From positions 41,881 to 105,880 of the forward strand of contig JANYGL010000046.1 in NCBI GenBank assembly GCA_025362435.1: 64,000 nt of DNA. Direction: 5' to 3'. The position numbers and the translations under genes are program-made. How positions within the stretch are numbered: position 1 is the first letter of the stretch; each line of letters opens with the position of its first letter. Of the stretch, positions 12,275 to 20,308 are shown in pieces. Below the pieces are notes generated by a model that did no database searches, had not been told where the DNA came from, and saw only the letters and a program-made list of their open reading frames with translations. Source of the stretch: Polymorphobacter sp. (lineage in GTDB: Bacteria > Pseudomonadota > Alphaproteobacteria > Sphingomonadales > Sphingomonadaceae).

Positions 12275-13648
12275 ATGGCCCGCGCCGCCGTCCGCTATGT
12301 CTGCCAGTCGTGCGGGACGACGAGTCCGCGCTGGGCGGGGCAGTGCGGCGACTGCAACGAGTGGAACACCATCCAGCAGGAAGCGGCCCCTGTCGTCACC
12401 GCGTTCAGCGCCAAGCACAGCCTGAGCAGCGGCGGGCGCGGCATCGGGCTGACGGGGCTCGACGACGACGTCGCGATTCCGCCGCGGACCTCGACCGGGA
12501 TCGCCGAGCTCGACCGCGCGCTCGGCGGCGGGCTCGTCGCCGGGTCGGCAGTGCTGATCGGCGGCGATCCCGGCATCGGCAAGTCGACTTTGCTCCTTCA
12601 GGCCGCCGGGCGGATGGCGCTCGACGGGACCCGCGTCGCCTATATTTCGGGAGAGGAAGCCGCCGACCAGGTCCGCCTGCGCGCGCGGCGGCTGGGCCTC
12701 GCCAAGGCCCCCGTCGCACTCGCCGCGGCGACGTCGGTGCGCGACATTTTGACGACGCTCGGACAAGGCACGACGCCGGGGCTCGTCGTCATCGATTCGA
12801 TCCAGACGATGCATTCGGACACGCTCGAAGGTGCGCCGGGCACCGTCAGTCAGGTCCGCGCCGCCGCGCACGAGCTGATCCGCTATGCCAAGACATCGGG
12901 AGCCGCGCTCGTCCTCGTCGGCCACGTCACCAAGGACGGCCAGATCGCCGGGCCGCGCGTCCTCGAACACATGGTCGACACGGTGCTGTATTTCGAAGGC
13001 GAGCGCAGTCACCAGTACCGCATCCTCCGCGCGGTCAAGAACCGCTTCGGCGGCACCGACGAGATCGGTGTTTTCGCAATGGGAGCCGATGGCCTCGAGG
13101 AGGTCGCCAACCCGTCGAGCCTGTTCCTCACCGACCGCGAGCATGCCGTCAGCGGCGCGGTGGTGTTCCCGGCATTGGAGGGCACGCGCCCGGTCCTCGT
13201 CGAGATCCAGGCACTCGTCGTCCGCCTGCCGTCGGGGGCGACCCCGCGCCGCGCCGTCGTTGGCTGGGACACCGCGCGGCTGGCGATGATCCTCGCGGTC
13301 CTCGAAGCGCGCTGCGGGTTGAGCTTCTCGAACTGCGAGGTCTATCTCAACGTCGCCGGCGGCCTGCGGATCAACGACCCCGCCGCCGACCTCGCCGTTG
13401 CCGCCGCGCTCGTCTCGGCGCTGACCGAGACCCCGGTCGGCCACGACACCGTCGTCTTCGGCGAGATCGCGCTGTCGGGCGAGGTCCGCGGCGTCGGCCA
13501 CGCCGGACTGCGGCTCAAGGAAGCGGCCAAGCTCGGGTTCGCGGCGGCGCTGGTGCCAGGGAGTACAGACGCGAGCGGCGGGATGCGGACCGCGAAGTTC
13601 AAGACGCTGGCGGGGCTGGTCGATCACTTGGGGGTGAAGGCAAACTGA
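12275..13648 (+). CDS. radA: DNA repair protein RadA/Sms
   Basis: Start at MARAAVRYVCQSCG (ATG 12275; the track ORF starts at 12233). C4 zinc finger CQSCG..CGDC, Walker A GGDPGIGKST, KNRFG motif and a Lon-protease-like C-terminal domain. Confidence 0.93.
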   Translation: MARAAVRYVCQSCGTTSPRWAGQCGDCNEWNTIQQEAAPVVTAFSAKHSLSSGGRGIGLTGLDDDVAIPPRTSTGIAELDRALGGGLVAGSAVLIGGDPGIGKSTLLLQAAGRMALDGTRVAYISGEEAADQVRLRARRLGLAKAPVALAAATSVRDILTTLGQGTTPGLVVIDSIQTMHSDTLEGAPGTVSQVRAAAHELIRYAKTSGAALVLVGHVTKDGQIAGPRVLEHMVDTVLYFEGERSHQYRILRAVKNRFGGTDEIGVFAMGADGLEEVANPSSLFLTDREHAVSGAVVFPALEGTRPVLVEIQALVVRLPSGATPRRAVVGWDTARLAMILAVLEARCGLSFSNCEVYLNVAGGLRINDPAADLAVAAALVSALTETPVGHDTVVFGEIALSGEVRGVGHAGLRLKEAAKLGFAAALVPGSTDASGGMRTAKFKTLAGLVDHLGVKAN

Positions 13649-13790
13649 TCCTCCCCGTCTTCGAGGGGGACCATGCCCTTGCATGGTGGAGGGGCGGTGC
13701 AACGAACTTACACCTTGAGTCTGTCCCGCCGCCCCTCCACCACGCCTGAAACGGCGCGGTCCCCCTCCCCCGTAAGCGCGGGGGAGGATC
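13647..13790. repeat. 144-bp nested imperfect palindrome (REP/MITE-like element) in the radA-cvpA spacer
   Basis: Three concentric arm pairs: GATCCTCCCC/GGGGAGGATC (outer), GAGGGGGACC/GGTCCCCCTC (middle) and TGGTGGAGGGGCGG/CCGCCCCTCCACCA (inner, 14 bp perfect, ~31-nt loop). Confidence 0.6.
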
Positions 13791-13835
13791 AAGCGGGTTT
13801 TGCCCGTTCGCCAAACCCGCTAAGCCCCCCGCATC

Positions 13836-14495
13836 ATGGCCAACCTCACCGCCCTCGACATTGTCGTCCTCCTGCTCATCCTCCTTGGCGGCGTCGCCGG
13901 CCTCGCGCGCGGGTTCGTCACCGAAGTACTGTCACTGCTGGCGTGGGTCGCGGCGATCATGGCGGTGCGCTTCCTGTACCCGGTCGGCAAGACCGTCGCG
14001 CTTCACATCACCGGCACCGATTCGGGGGCGGCGATCCTCGCCTTCGCGTCGATCTTCCTGACCACCTTCATCGTCTTTCGGATGATCGCGGGCGAGCTCG
14101 GCGACCGGACGCGTTCGTCGGTGGTCGGCCCGGTCGACCGCGTGCTGGGCCTCGGCTTCGGCGCGTTCAAGGGGCTGATCGGGGCGTCGATCCTGTTCCT
14201 CATCGTCCAGTTCGGCTACGACACGATGGAGGCGGGGGCGCCACGCCCGATGTGGCTGACCGCGTCGCGGACCGCGCCGCTGCTCGAAGTGACGTCGAAG
14301 GCGATGGTCGATTTCGTCGAGAAGCGCCGCCACCCGACCGCGGCGGCACCGGTCGATGAGCCCGACAGCAATGCCGGTCACGATCGCAGTGCGAAACACT
14401 CCCCCCGCGAACGCGCCGCTCCCGGCGGCTACGACAAGAGCGATCGCGGCGCGCTCGACCGCCTGCTCGACAGCGGCAGCAAGACCCCGCTGTGA
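13836..14495 (+). CDS. cvpA: CvpA family membrane protein
   Basis: 219-aa ORF. N-terminus LDIVVLLLILLGGVAGLARGFV.E.LSLLAWV and four predicted TM helices are typical of CvpA. The stop overlaps the cysS start. Confidence 0.8.
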   Translation: MANLTALDIVVLLLILLGGVAGLARGFVTEVLSLLAWVAAIMAVRFLYPVGKTVALHITGTDSGAAILAFASIFLTTFIVFRMIAGELGDRTRSSVVGPVDRVLGLGFGAFKGLIGASILFLIVQFGYDTMEAGAPRPMWLTASRTAPLLEVTSKAMVDFVEKRRHPTAAAPVDEPDSNAGHDRSAKHSPRERAAPGGYDKSDRGALDRLLDSGSKTPL

Positions 14496-15841
14496 GTGCG
14501 ATCCGCCTCTACGACACGATGCGCCGGGCGAAGGTCGACTTCGAACCCGCCGACCCGAAGCGCGTAACGATGTATGTCTGCGGGCCGACGGTCTACGGGC
14601 GCGCGCACATCGGCAACGCCCGTCCGGCGGTGGTGTTCGACGTGCTGCAGCGCCTGCTCCGCCACACTTACGGCGCGGAAAGCGTCGTCTACGCGCGCAA
14701 CATCACCGACATCGACGACAAGATCATGGCGGCGGCCGTTGCGGAGGGGGTCGACCCCAAGGTCATCACCGGCCGATACGAGGCGCACTACCTCGCCGAC
14801 ATGGGCGCGCTCGGGGTCCAGCCGCCGAACATCGCACCGCACGCGACCGACCATATCCCGCAGATGATCGCGATGATCGGCGGGCTGATCGACCGCGGTG
14901 CCGCCTACGCCGCCGAGGAGCACGTGCTGTTCGATGTCGCCGCGCCGGGTGACTACGGCAGGCTGTCGCGCCGCCCATTGGACGAGATGATCGCCGGTGC
15001 CCGCGTCGAGATCGCGCCATACAAGCGCAACCCCGCCGACTTTGTGCTGTGGAAACCTTCGACCGACGACCAGCCCGGCTGGGAGTCGCCGTGGGGCCGC
15101 GGGCGCCCGGGGTGGCACATCGAATGCTCGGCGATGATCGCGGCGCATCTTGGGCACACGATCGACATCCACGGCGGCGGATTGGACCTGATCTTCCCCC
15201 ACCACGAGAACGAACTCGCCCAATCGAGCTGCGCCCACGACGGCGCGCCGCTGGCGAGGGTGTGGATGCACAACGGCTTCCTCAGCATGGGCGACACGAA
15301 GATGTCGAAGTCGCTGGGAAATGTGGTCACGGTCGATGCGCTGCTGGAGCAGGGGTGGAGCGGCGAGGTGCTGCGGCTCGCGCTGCTGAGTGCGCATTAC
15401 CGGCAGCCGCTGGCGTGGACGGAGGACCTGCTGACGCAAAGCAAGGCGACGCTCGACCGCTGGCAGGGCTTCCTGCGACGCTCGGACGTTGCCGCGAGCG
15501 AAGTGCCCGAGCGCGTGATCGCGGCGCTGGCCGACGACCTCAACACACCTGCCGTGGTGGCGGCCATCGCGCGCCTGTCGCGCCTCGACGATGTCGGCGG
15601 GATGCGCGCGGCAATGGCGCTGATGGGATTGATCGAGCCCATTACCGGGCGCGTCGACGAACTTGCTCCGGCAACCCCGGAGGCTACGGCGGCTACGAAC
15701 ATCGACGACCTCGTCGCCGCGCGCACCGCCGCCCGCGCCCGCAAGGACTTCGCCGAATCCGACCGCATCCGCGACGACCTTGTAGAGCAGGGGATAATCC
15801 TTGAGGACAGCGCCGGCGGCACGACGTGGCGGCGGGCGTGA
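14492..15841 (+). CDS. cysS: cysteine--tRNA ligase
   Basis: 449-aa ORF, GTG start. Class I motifs HIGN (GRAHIGNARP) and KMSKS (TKMSKSLGN). Confidence 0.95.
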   Translation: MSAIRLYDTMRRAKVDFEPADPKRVTMYVCGPTVYGRAHIGNARPAVVFDVLQRLLRHTYGAESVVYARNITDIDDKIMAAAVAEGVDPKVITGRYEAHYLADMGALGVQPPNIAPHATDHIPQMIAMIGGLIDRGAAYAAEEHVLFDVAAPGDYGRLSRRPLDEMIAGARVEIAPYKRNPADFVLWKPSTDDQPGWESPWGRGRPGWHIECSAMIAAHLGHTIDIHGGGLDLIFPHHENELAQSSCAHDGAPLARVWMHNGFLSMGDTKMSKSLGNVVTVDALLEQGWSGEVLRLALLSAHYRQPLAWTEDLLTQSKATLDRWQGFLRRSDVAASEVPERVIAALADDLNTPAVVAAIARLSRLDDVGGMRAAMALMGLIEPITGRVDELAPATPEATAATNIDDLVAARTAARARKDFAESDRIRDDLVEQGIILEDSAGGTTWRRA

Positions 15842-15918
15842 GCGACCGCCGCGCGCCCGGCCCCCAGCCCCACGCGTAAAACCATTGTCCTACACCGCTT
15901 CGTTTCGCCATAGACTCG

Positions 15919-16389
15919 ATGATGGACGATCCCGGCTTCCTTCCCGCTACCCCTCGCTCCCGCTTCGGCGGCTGGTCGGCGGCGCGTCAGGCGAGCTTCG
16001 TCCTCGACCTGTCGACGGGCCACAGCGTCACCGAGGCGTGTGCTCGCCTCGGCCTGTCGCCGCGCAGCGTCTATCTCCTCCGCCGCCACGCGAGCGCGGG
16101 CGAGTTTGCGCTCGCATGGGATGCGGCGCTCGACGCCGGCCGCACGCGGCTCGCCGAAACCGCGATCGACCGTGTTCTCAACGGCCAGGCGAACCCCGTC
16201 ATCTATCGCGGCGTGACGGTCGGCACCCGAGTCAGTCACGACAACCGGCTGTTGATGTTCATGTTGAAGCGCCAGCGCGCGCCGGGCGGCCGCCGCATGA
16301 CGCCCGGCGCGCAAGGCGTTTCTCCTGCGACGACGTGCGAAGACTGCGAAGTTCCGCCCCGGCCGGCGTCGCGGCTGGTGCCCGAATGA
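15919..16389 (+). CDS. hypothetical protein with putative N-terminal helix-turn-helix
   Basis: 156-aa ORF. HTH-like segment HSVTEACARLGLSPRSVYLLRR. I recognise no enzymatic motif. Confidence 0.45.
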   Translation: MMDDPGFLPATPRSRFGGWSAARQASFVLDLSTGHSVTEACARLGLSPRSVYLLRRHASAGEFALAWDAALDAGRTRLAETAIDRVLNGQANPVIYRGVTVGTRVSHDNRLLMFMLKRQRAPGGRRMTPGAQGVSPATTCEDCEVPPRPASRLVPE

Positions 16390-16438
16390 CCGCGCTCCGC
16401 GATAGCGTATTCGAGTGCGTGCCCCTATGTTGCCGGGT

Positions 16439-16891
16439 ATGACCGAGACCCTCTACAACACGCAAATCCTGCGCCTCGCCGCGTCGATCCCGCATGCCGT
16501 TCGCCTCGACGGTCCCCAAGCAAGCGTCGTCCGGGTGTCGCCGATCTGCGGCAGCCGGGTGACCGTCGACCTCGACCTCGACGACACGGGTCGCGTCGTC
16601 CGCTTCGGGCAGGAGGTGCGGGCGTGCGCATTGGGGCAGGCGTCGGCTGCGCTGCTCGGCACGCACATCGCCGGGCGGAGCCGCGCCGAGATCGCCGCCG
16701 CGCGCGATGCGCTTGCGGCGTACCTCAAGGGTGAGGCGGAGACGCCGGGCGACTGGCCGGGGCTCGAGCTGTTCGCCCCGGCGCGGCCGCACAAGGCGCG
16801 CCACGGCTCGATCCTCCTCGCCTTCCAGGCGGCGGCGCAGGCAGCCGATGAGGCTGCAGTCATCAACCCCGCGACGCTGGCACCGGCGTGA
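16439..16891 (+). CDS. NifU/IscU N-terminal-like Fe-S scaffold family protein
   Basis: Start at MTETLYNTQILRLA (ATG 16439; the track ORF starts at 16415). Scaffold-like pattern with Cys in SPICGSRV and VRACALGQAS. Confidence 0.55.
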   Translation: MTETLYNTQILRLAASIPHAVRLDGPQASVVRVSPICGSRVTVDLDLDDTGRVVRFGQEVRACALGQASAALLGTHIAGRSRAEIAAARDALAAYLKGEAETPGDWPGLELFAPARPHKARHGSILLAFQAAAQAADEAAVINPATLAPA

Positions 16892-18678
16892 CGCACGACA
16901 CGACCGCGCTCCGCGACGCGGTCGCCTATCTCGCTGCGGTCGTCATCCTCGTCCCCCTGTTCGCCAAGCTCAAGCTCGGCGCGGTCCTCGGCTATCTCGC
17001 CGCCGGCGTCCTGATCGGCCCCGGGCTGCTCGGCCTCGTCACCGATACCGACGGTATCGGCCAAATCGCCGAATACGGCATCGTCCTGCTGCTGTTCGTC
17101 ATCGGGCTCGAACTCAAGCCGTCGCGGCTGTGGTCGTTGCGGCGCGACATCTTCGGGCTCGGCTTGCTCCAGGTGACGCTGTGCGGGCTGGCGCTGACCG
17201 GCGTCTTGCTCGGGGTCACCGGGCTGTCGTGGCAGGCGGCGCTCGTCGTCGGGCTGCCGCTCGGCCTGTCGTCGACCGCGCTGGTCATGCAGCTGCTCGC
17301 CGAGCGCAAGCTGACCGACACCCCGTTCGGCGAACGCATCTTCGCCATCCTGCTGTTCCAGGACATCGCGATCGTCCCGCTGCTGACCGTCGTCGGCGCG
17401 CTGTCGCGGCTGCCCGACCCGACCGCGCGGCCGGGCTGGCAGACCGCCGCGCTGACCGTCGCCGCGCTCGCCGGGCTGGTGCTCGCCGGGCGCTACCTGA
17501 TGAACCCGCTGTTCAAGCTGATCGGGCGGTTGGGCGCGCGCGAGGCGTTCGCCGCCGCGGCGCTGTTTACCGTACTGGGGTCTGCGCTGCTGATGCAGTG
17601 TCTCGGCCTGTCGATGGCGCTCGGCGCGTTCGTCGCCGGGGTCATGCTCAGCGAGTCGCCGTACCGCCACGCGCTGGAGGCCGACATCGAGCCGTTCCGC
17701 GGACTGCTGCTCGGGCTGTTCTTCGTCTCGGTCGGGATGACGCTCGACCTGACCGTGCTGCGCGACAATCCGGTGACGGTCGTGCTCCTCGTCGCGGCGC
17801 TGATGGCGACCAAGACCGTCGTCATCGGCGGGCTGGCGCGGCTGTTCGGCACCGGCTGGATTCGCGCGCTGCAGATGGGGCTGCTCCTCGCGCAGGGCGG
17901 CGAGTTCGGCTTCGTCCTGTTCGCGCAGGCGCAGCGCGGGCTGCTGATCGATGCCACCGCGGCGAACCTGTTCGGCGCGGTGGTGACGGTGTCGATGGTG
18001 GCGACCCCGTTCGCCGCAAAGTTCGCCGCGGTGTTCAACCGAGCAGCGCCCAAGCGGACCGACCTCGACGGCCCCGACAAGGTCGTCCACCGCGATGCCG
18101 ACGCGCGGGTCATGCTCGTCGGCGCCGGGCGTTTCGGGCAGGGCGTCGCGCAGATGCTGCTCGCGCGCGGGGTCGAGGTCATCGCCATCGACATGGACCC
18201 CGAGCTGATCGACGTCAGCAACCTGTTCGGCAACCGCGTCTATTTCGGCGACGGGCGCCGCATCGACGTCCTCCGCGCCGCCGGGGCCGAGGGCGCGCAG
18301 CTCCTCGTGCTGGCGAACGACGGGGCGTGGCCGCCCGAGGCGACGCTCGAACCGATCCGCGCCGCGTTCCCGCACCTCAAGATCCTCGCCCGCGCCTTCG
18401 ACCGGATCCACCTGCTCGCGCTGACCCGGGCGAATGTCGACGCGGCGGTGCGCGAGGTGTTCGACGGCTCGATCGCGCTCGGCAGCGAGGCGCTGGCGCT
18501 GCTCGACACCGATCCCGAGACGATCGTCGCGATCGAGGCCGAGTTCCGCCGCCGCGACGCCGAGCGGCTCGAGGAGCAATTGTGCAGCGGCGACCAGCTG
18601 TCGGGCGTCGACAAGCTGTTCCGCCCCGGAACGGTGTTTATCCCAGACGCGCTCGGCGAAATTCCCTTCCAGATTTAA
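16888..18678 (+). CDS. monovalent cation:proton antiporter-2 (CPA2) family K+ efflux protein, KefB/KefC-like
   Basis: 596-aa ORF, GTG start overlapping the previous stop. About 12 TM helices followed by a TrkA-N Rossmann domain (VMLVGAGRFGQGVAQ). Confidence 0.85.
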   Translation: MTHDTTALRDAVAYLAAVVILVPLFAKLKLGAVLGYLAAGVLIGPGLLGLVTDTDGIGQIAEYGIVLLLFVIGLELKPSRLWSLRRDIFGLGLLQVTLCGLALTGVLLGVTGLSWQAALVVGLPLGLSSTALVMQLLAERKLTDTPFGERIFAILLFQDIAIVPLLTVVGALSRLPDPTARPGWQTAALTVAALAGLVLAGRYLMNPLFKLIGRLGAREAFAAAALFTVLGSALLMQCLGLSMALGAFVAGVMLSESPYRHALEADIEPFRGLLLGLFFVSVGMTLDLTVLRDNPVTVVLLVAALMATKTVVIGGLARLFGTGWIRALQMGLLLAQGGEFGFVLFAQAQRGLLIDATAANLFGAVVTVSMVATPFAAKFAAVFNRAAPKRTDLDGPDKVVHRDADARVMLVGAGRFGQGVAQMLLARGVEVIAIDMDPELIDVSNLFGNRVYFGDGRRIDVLRAAGAEGAQLLVLANDGAWPPEATLEPIRAAFPHLKILARAFDRIHLLALTRANVDAAVREVFDGSIALGSEALALLDTDPETIVAIEAEFRRRDAERLEEQLCSGDQLSGVDKLFRPGTVFIPDALGEIPFQI

Positions 18679-18749
18679 GGGCAAGCGGACTCGACGGCAC
18701 AGCCCGGTTGCCCGATACGTCAACCAAGCACGCATTGGGGAGTTCCAGC

Positions 18750-19769
18750 ATGACGAAAAGCCGTGAGATCCGCTTGATGAGCCGTCCCGAGGGGATGCCC
18801 GTCGCCGATAACTTCGAGGTCGCCACCGTCGATCTGGCCGCGCCGACCGCCGGGCAAATTCGCGTTCGCAACCGCTTCATGTCGGTCGATCCGTACATGC
18901 GCGGACGGATGTACGACCGCCCGAGCTACGTCCCGCCGTTCCAGATCGGCCAGCCGCTCCAGGGCCACGCGATCGGCGAAGTCGTCGAAAGCCAGGCCAA
19001 CGGCTACGCGGTCGGCGATATGGTGACGTCGATGCTCGGCTGGCGCGAGGAATTCGTCGTCGACCCATCGGTCTTCGCCGCCATGCCGGGAATGTTCGAG
19101 AAACTGCCGCCGCTGTCGGGGATCAGCCCCAGCGCTTTCCTCGGAGTCCTCGGCATGCCGGGGCTGACGGCGTATACCGGGCTGCTGCAGATCGGCGCGC
19201 CCAAGGCAGGTGAAACGGTTTTCGTCAGCGGCGGTGCGGGCGCGGTTGGCTCGGTCGTCGCCCAGATCGCCAAGATCAAGGGCTGCACGGTGATCGCCAC
19301 CGCGGGGAGCGCGGAGAAATGCGAGTGGCTGCGGTCGGTCGGCGTCGACCATGCGATCAATTACAAGAATGGCAACCTGCTCGATGCCGTCCGGTCGGCG
19401 GCCCCGAAGGGCATCGACGTCTATTTCGACAACGTCGGCGGCGAGCATCTCGAGGTCGCGATCGAACTGGCCAACCCGTTCGCGCGCTTCGCCGAATGCG
19501 GCATGATCGCGCAGTATAATGCCACCGAGGTCGTGCCGGGGCCGCGCAACATGATGATGGTGGTCGGCAAGCGGCTCAAGATCCAGGGCTTCATCGTCAG
19601 CGACTTCGCCAGCATGCGCGAACAGTTCGTCACCGATATGGGCGGGTGGATCGCCGACGACCGGATCAAGTGGGAGGAGACGGTGATGGAGGGAATCGAC
19701 CAGGCACCGGCGGCATTCCTCGGGCTTTTCACCGGGGGGAATACGGGGAAGATGGTGGTCGCCCTGTAG
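18750..19769 (+). CDS. NADP-dependent oxidoreductase, medium-chain reductase family (YncB/CurA / alkenal reductase-like)
   Basis: Only the last 339 codons of the 1020-aa track ORF look real. Start at MTKSREIRLMSRPEGMP. Nucleotide-binding motif VSGGAGAVGSVVAQIAK. Confidence 0.85.
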   Translation: MTKSREIRLMSRPEGMPVADNFEVATVDLAAPTAGQIRVRNRFMSVDPYMRGRMYDRPSYVPPFQIGQPLQGHAIGEVVESQANGYAVGDMVTSMLGWREEFVVDPSVFAAMPGMFEKLPPLSGISPSAFLGVLGMPGLTAYTGLLQIGAPKAGETVFVSGGAGAVGSVVAQIAKIKGCTVIATAGSAEKCEWLRSVGVDHAINYKNGNLLDAVRSAAPKGIDVYFDNVGGEHLEVAIELANPFARFAECGMIAQYNATEVVPGPRNMMMVVGKRLKIQGFIVSDFASMREQFVTDMGGWIADDRIKWEETVMEGIDQAPAAFLGLFTGGNTGKMVVAL

Positions 19770-19777
19770 CGGCCGCA

Positions 19778-19900
19778 GCCAGCCGGGGAACGCCCTTCGC
19801 GTTCGCCGGCTGGCTTCGGACTCGCGAAAGGGCCGGCCGGCGGGGCGGCGGCCCAAAGCCGCCGAACCCGTCCGACGAAGGCGCGGGCTTTGCCCGCGAC
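19778..19900. repeat. left arm of a long imperfect inverted repeat; first hairpin doubles as a terminator-like structure for the oxidoreductase gene
   Basis: GCCAGCCGG..GAACGC-CCTTC-GCGTTC..CCGGCTGGC hairpin 9 nt after the stop, followed by hairpins GGCGGC-CCAAA-GCCGCC and CGCGGGC-TTT-GCCCGCG. The arm is the reverse complement of 20177-20288. Confidence 0.6.
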
Positions 19901-20176
19901 CCCAAAGCGCGCGGACCGCGATATCTCCTGTCCTACACCCCTGCCCCCGGCGTATTGTCGCCGATCGAGTCGCCACCGGGCAACTCTGCGTGTTCTTTCT
20001 CATTGTCGGTCGTCGAAATTGTACCGCGCGGGGGCTGTGCAGGGCGTGTGCGGACCTGCGAGCGGGTCCGCCGGGCATCTTCCAGTCGGCGGCGCTGGCT
20101 CCGAATATCTCGCAGCCGCTGAAGCGCGAAAAAAACTGCTTCTGTGTGAACTTATTCTGAACTTAACCTCAGTGGC

Positions 20177-20288
20177 GTCGCGGCAAAGCCGCGCCGTCGG
20201 ACGGGTTCGGCGGTGAAGGTCCGCCGACCCGCCGGCCGGGCTTGCGCGAGTCGGCGCGCTACTCGGCAAACGCGAAGGCGCGTTTGCC
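20177..20288. repeat. right arm of the inverted repeat; outermost hairpin lies 20 nt past the amn stop
   Basis: The reverse complement aligns with 19786-19900: shared GACTCGCG, CGGCCGGCGGG, an identical CCGCCGAACCCGTCCGAC, and the hairpin GGCAAACGCG-CCTTC-CGCGTTTGCC (minus-strand reading). Confidence 0.6.
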
Positions 20289-20308
20289 TCGCTGCGCTCC
20301 GCCGCGCT

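Noticed and set aside
16453-18735. 760-aa minus-strand ORF antisense to the Kef-type antiporter. Similar very long ORFs occur at 51233-54454 (antisense to the TonB receptor), 46091-48304 (antisense to GH3), 33460-35064 (antisense to infB), 12050-13792 (antisense to radA), 58114-60498 and 10310-12049.
   Set aside because: Their translations are Arg/Gly/Asp/Pro-rich low-complexity strings with no recognisable motifs. Each is fully shadowed by a gene with clear family signatures on the other strand or frame. These are typical stop-codon-poor artefacts of about two-thirds-GC DNA.
16707-19769. 1020-aa plus-strand ORF that would fuse the antiporter region to the oxidoreductase.
   Set aside because: The first ~680 codons are an Arg/Pro/Ala-rich alternative frame of the antiporter gene. 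Only the last 339 codons (from ATG 18750) have oxidoreductase motifs and a plausible start.
19646-20269. Track ORFs crossing the 539-bp intergenic region (158 aa, 108 aa, 89 aa, and the tail of the 452-aa ORF at 18720-20078, which begins at 20078 on the minus strand).
   Set aside because: The translations are Arg/Ser/Pro-rich with no start context. The ORFs run through the inverted-repeat arms, so the same DNA would have to code in both orientations. Non-coding structured DNA is the simpler reading.
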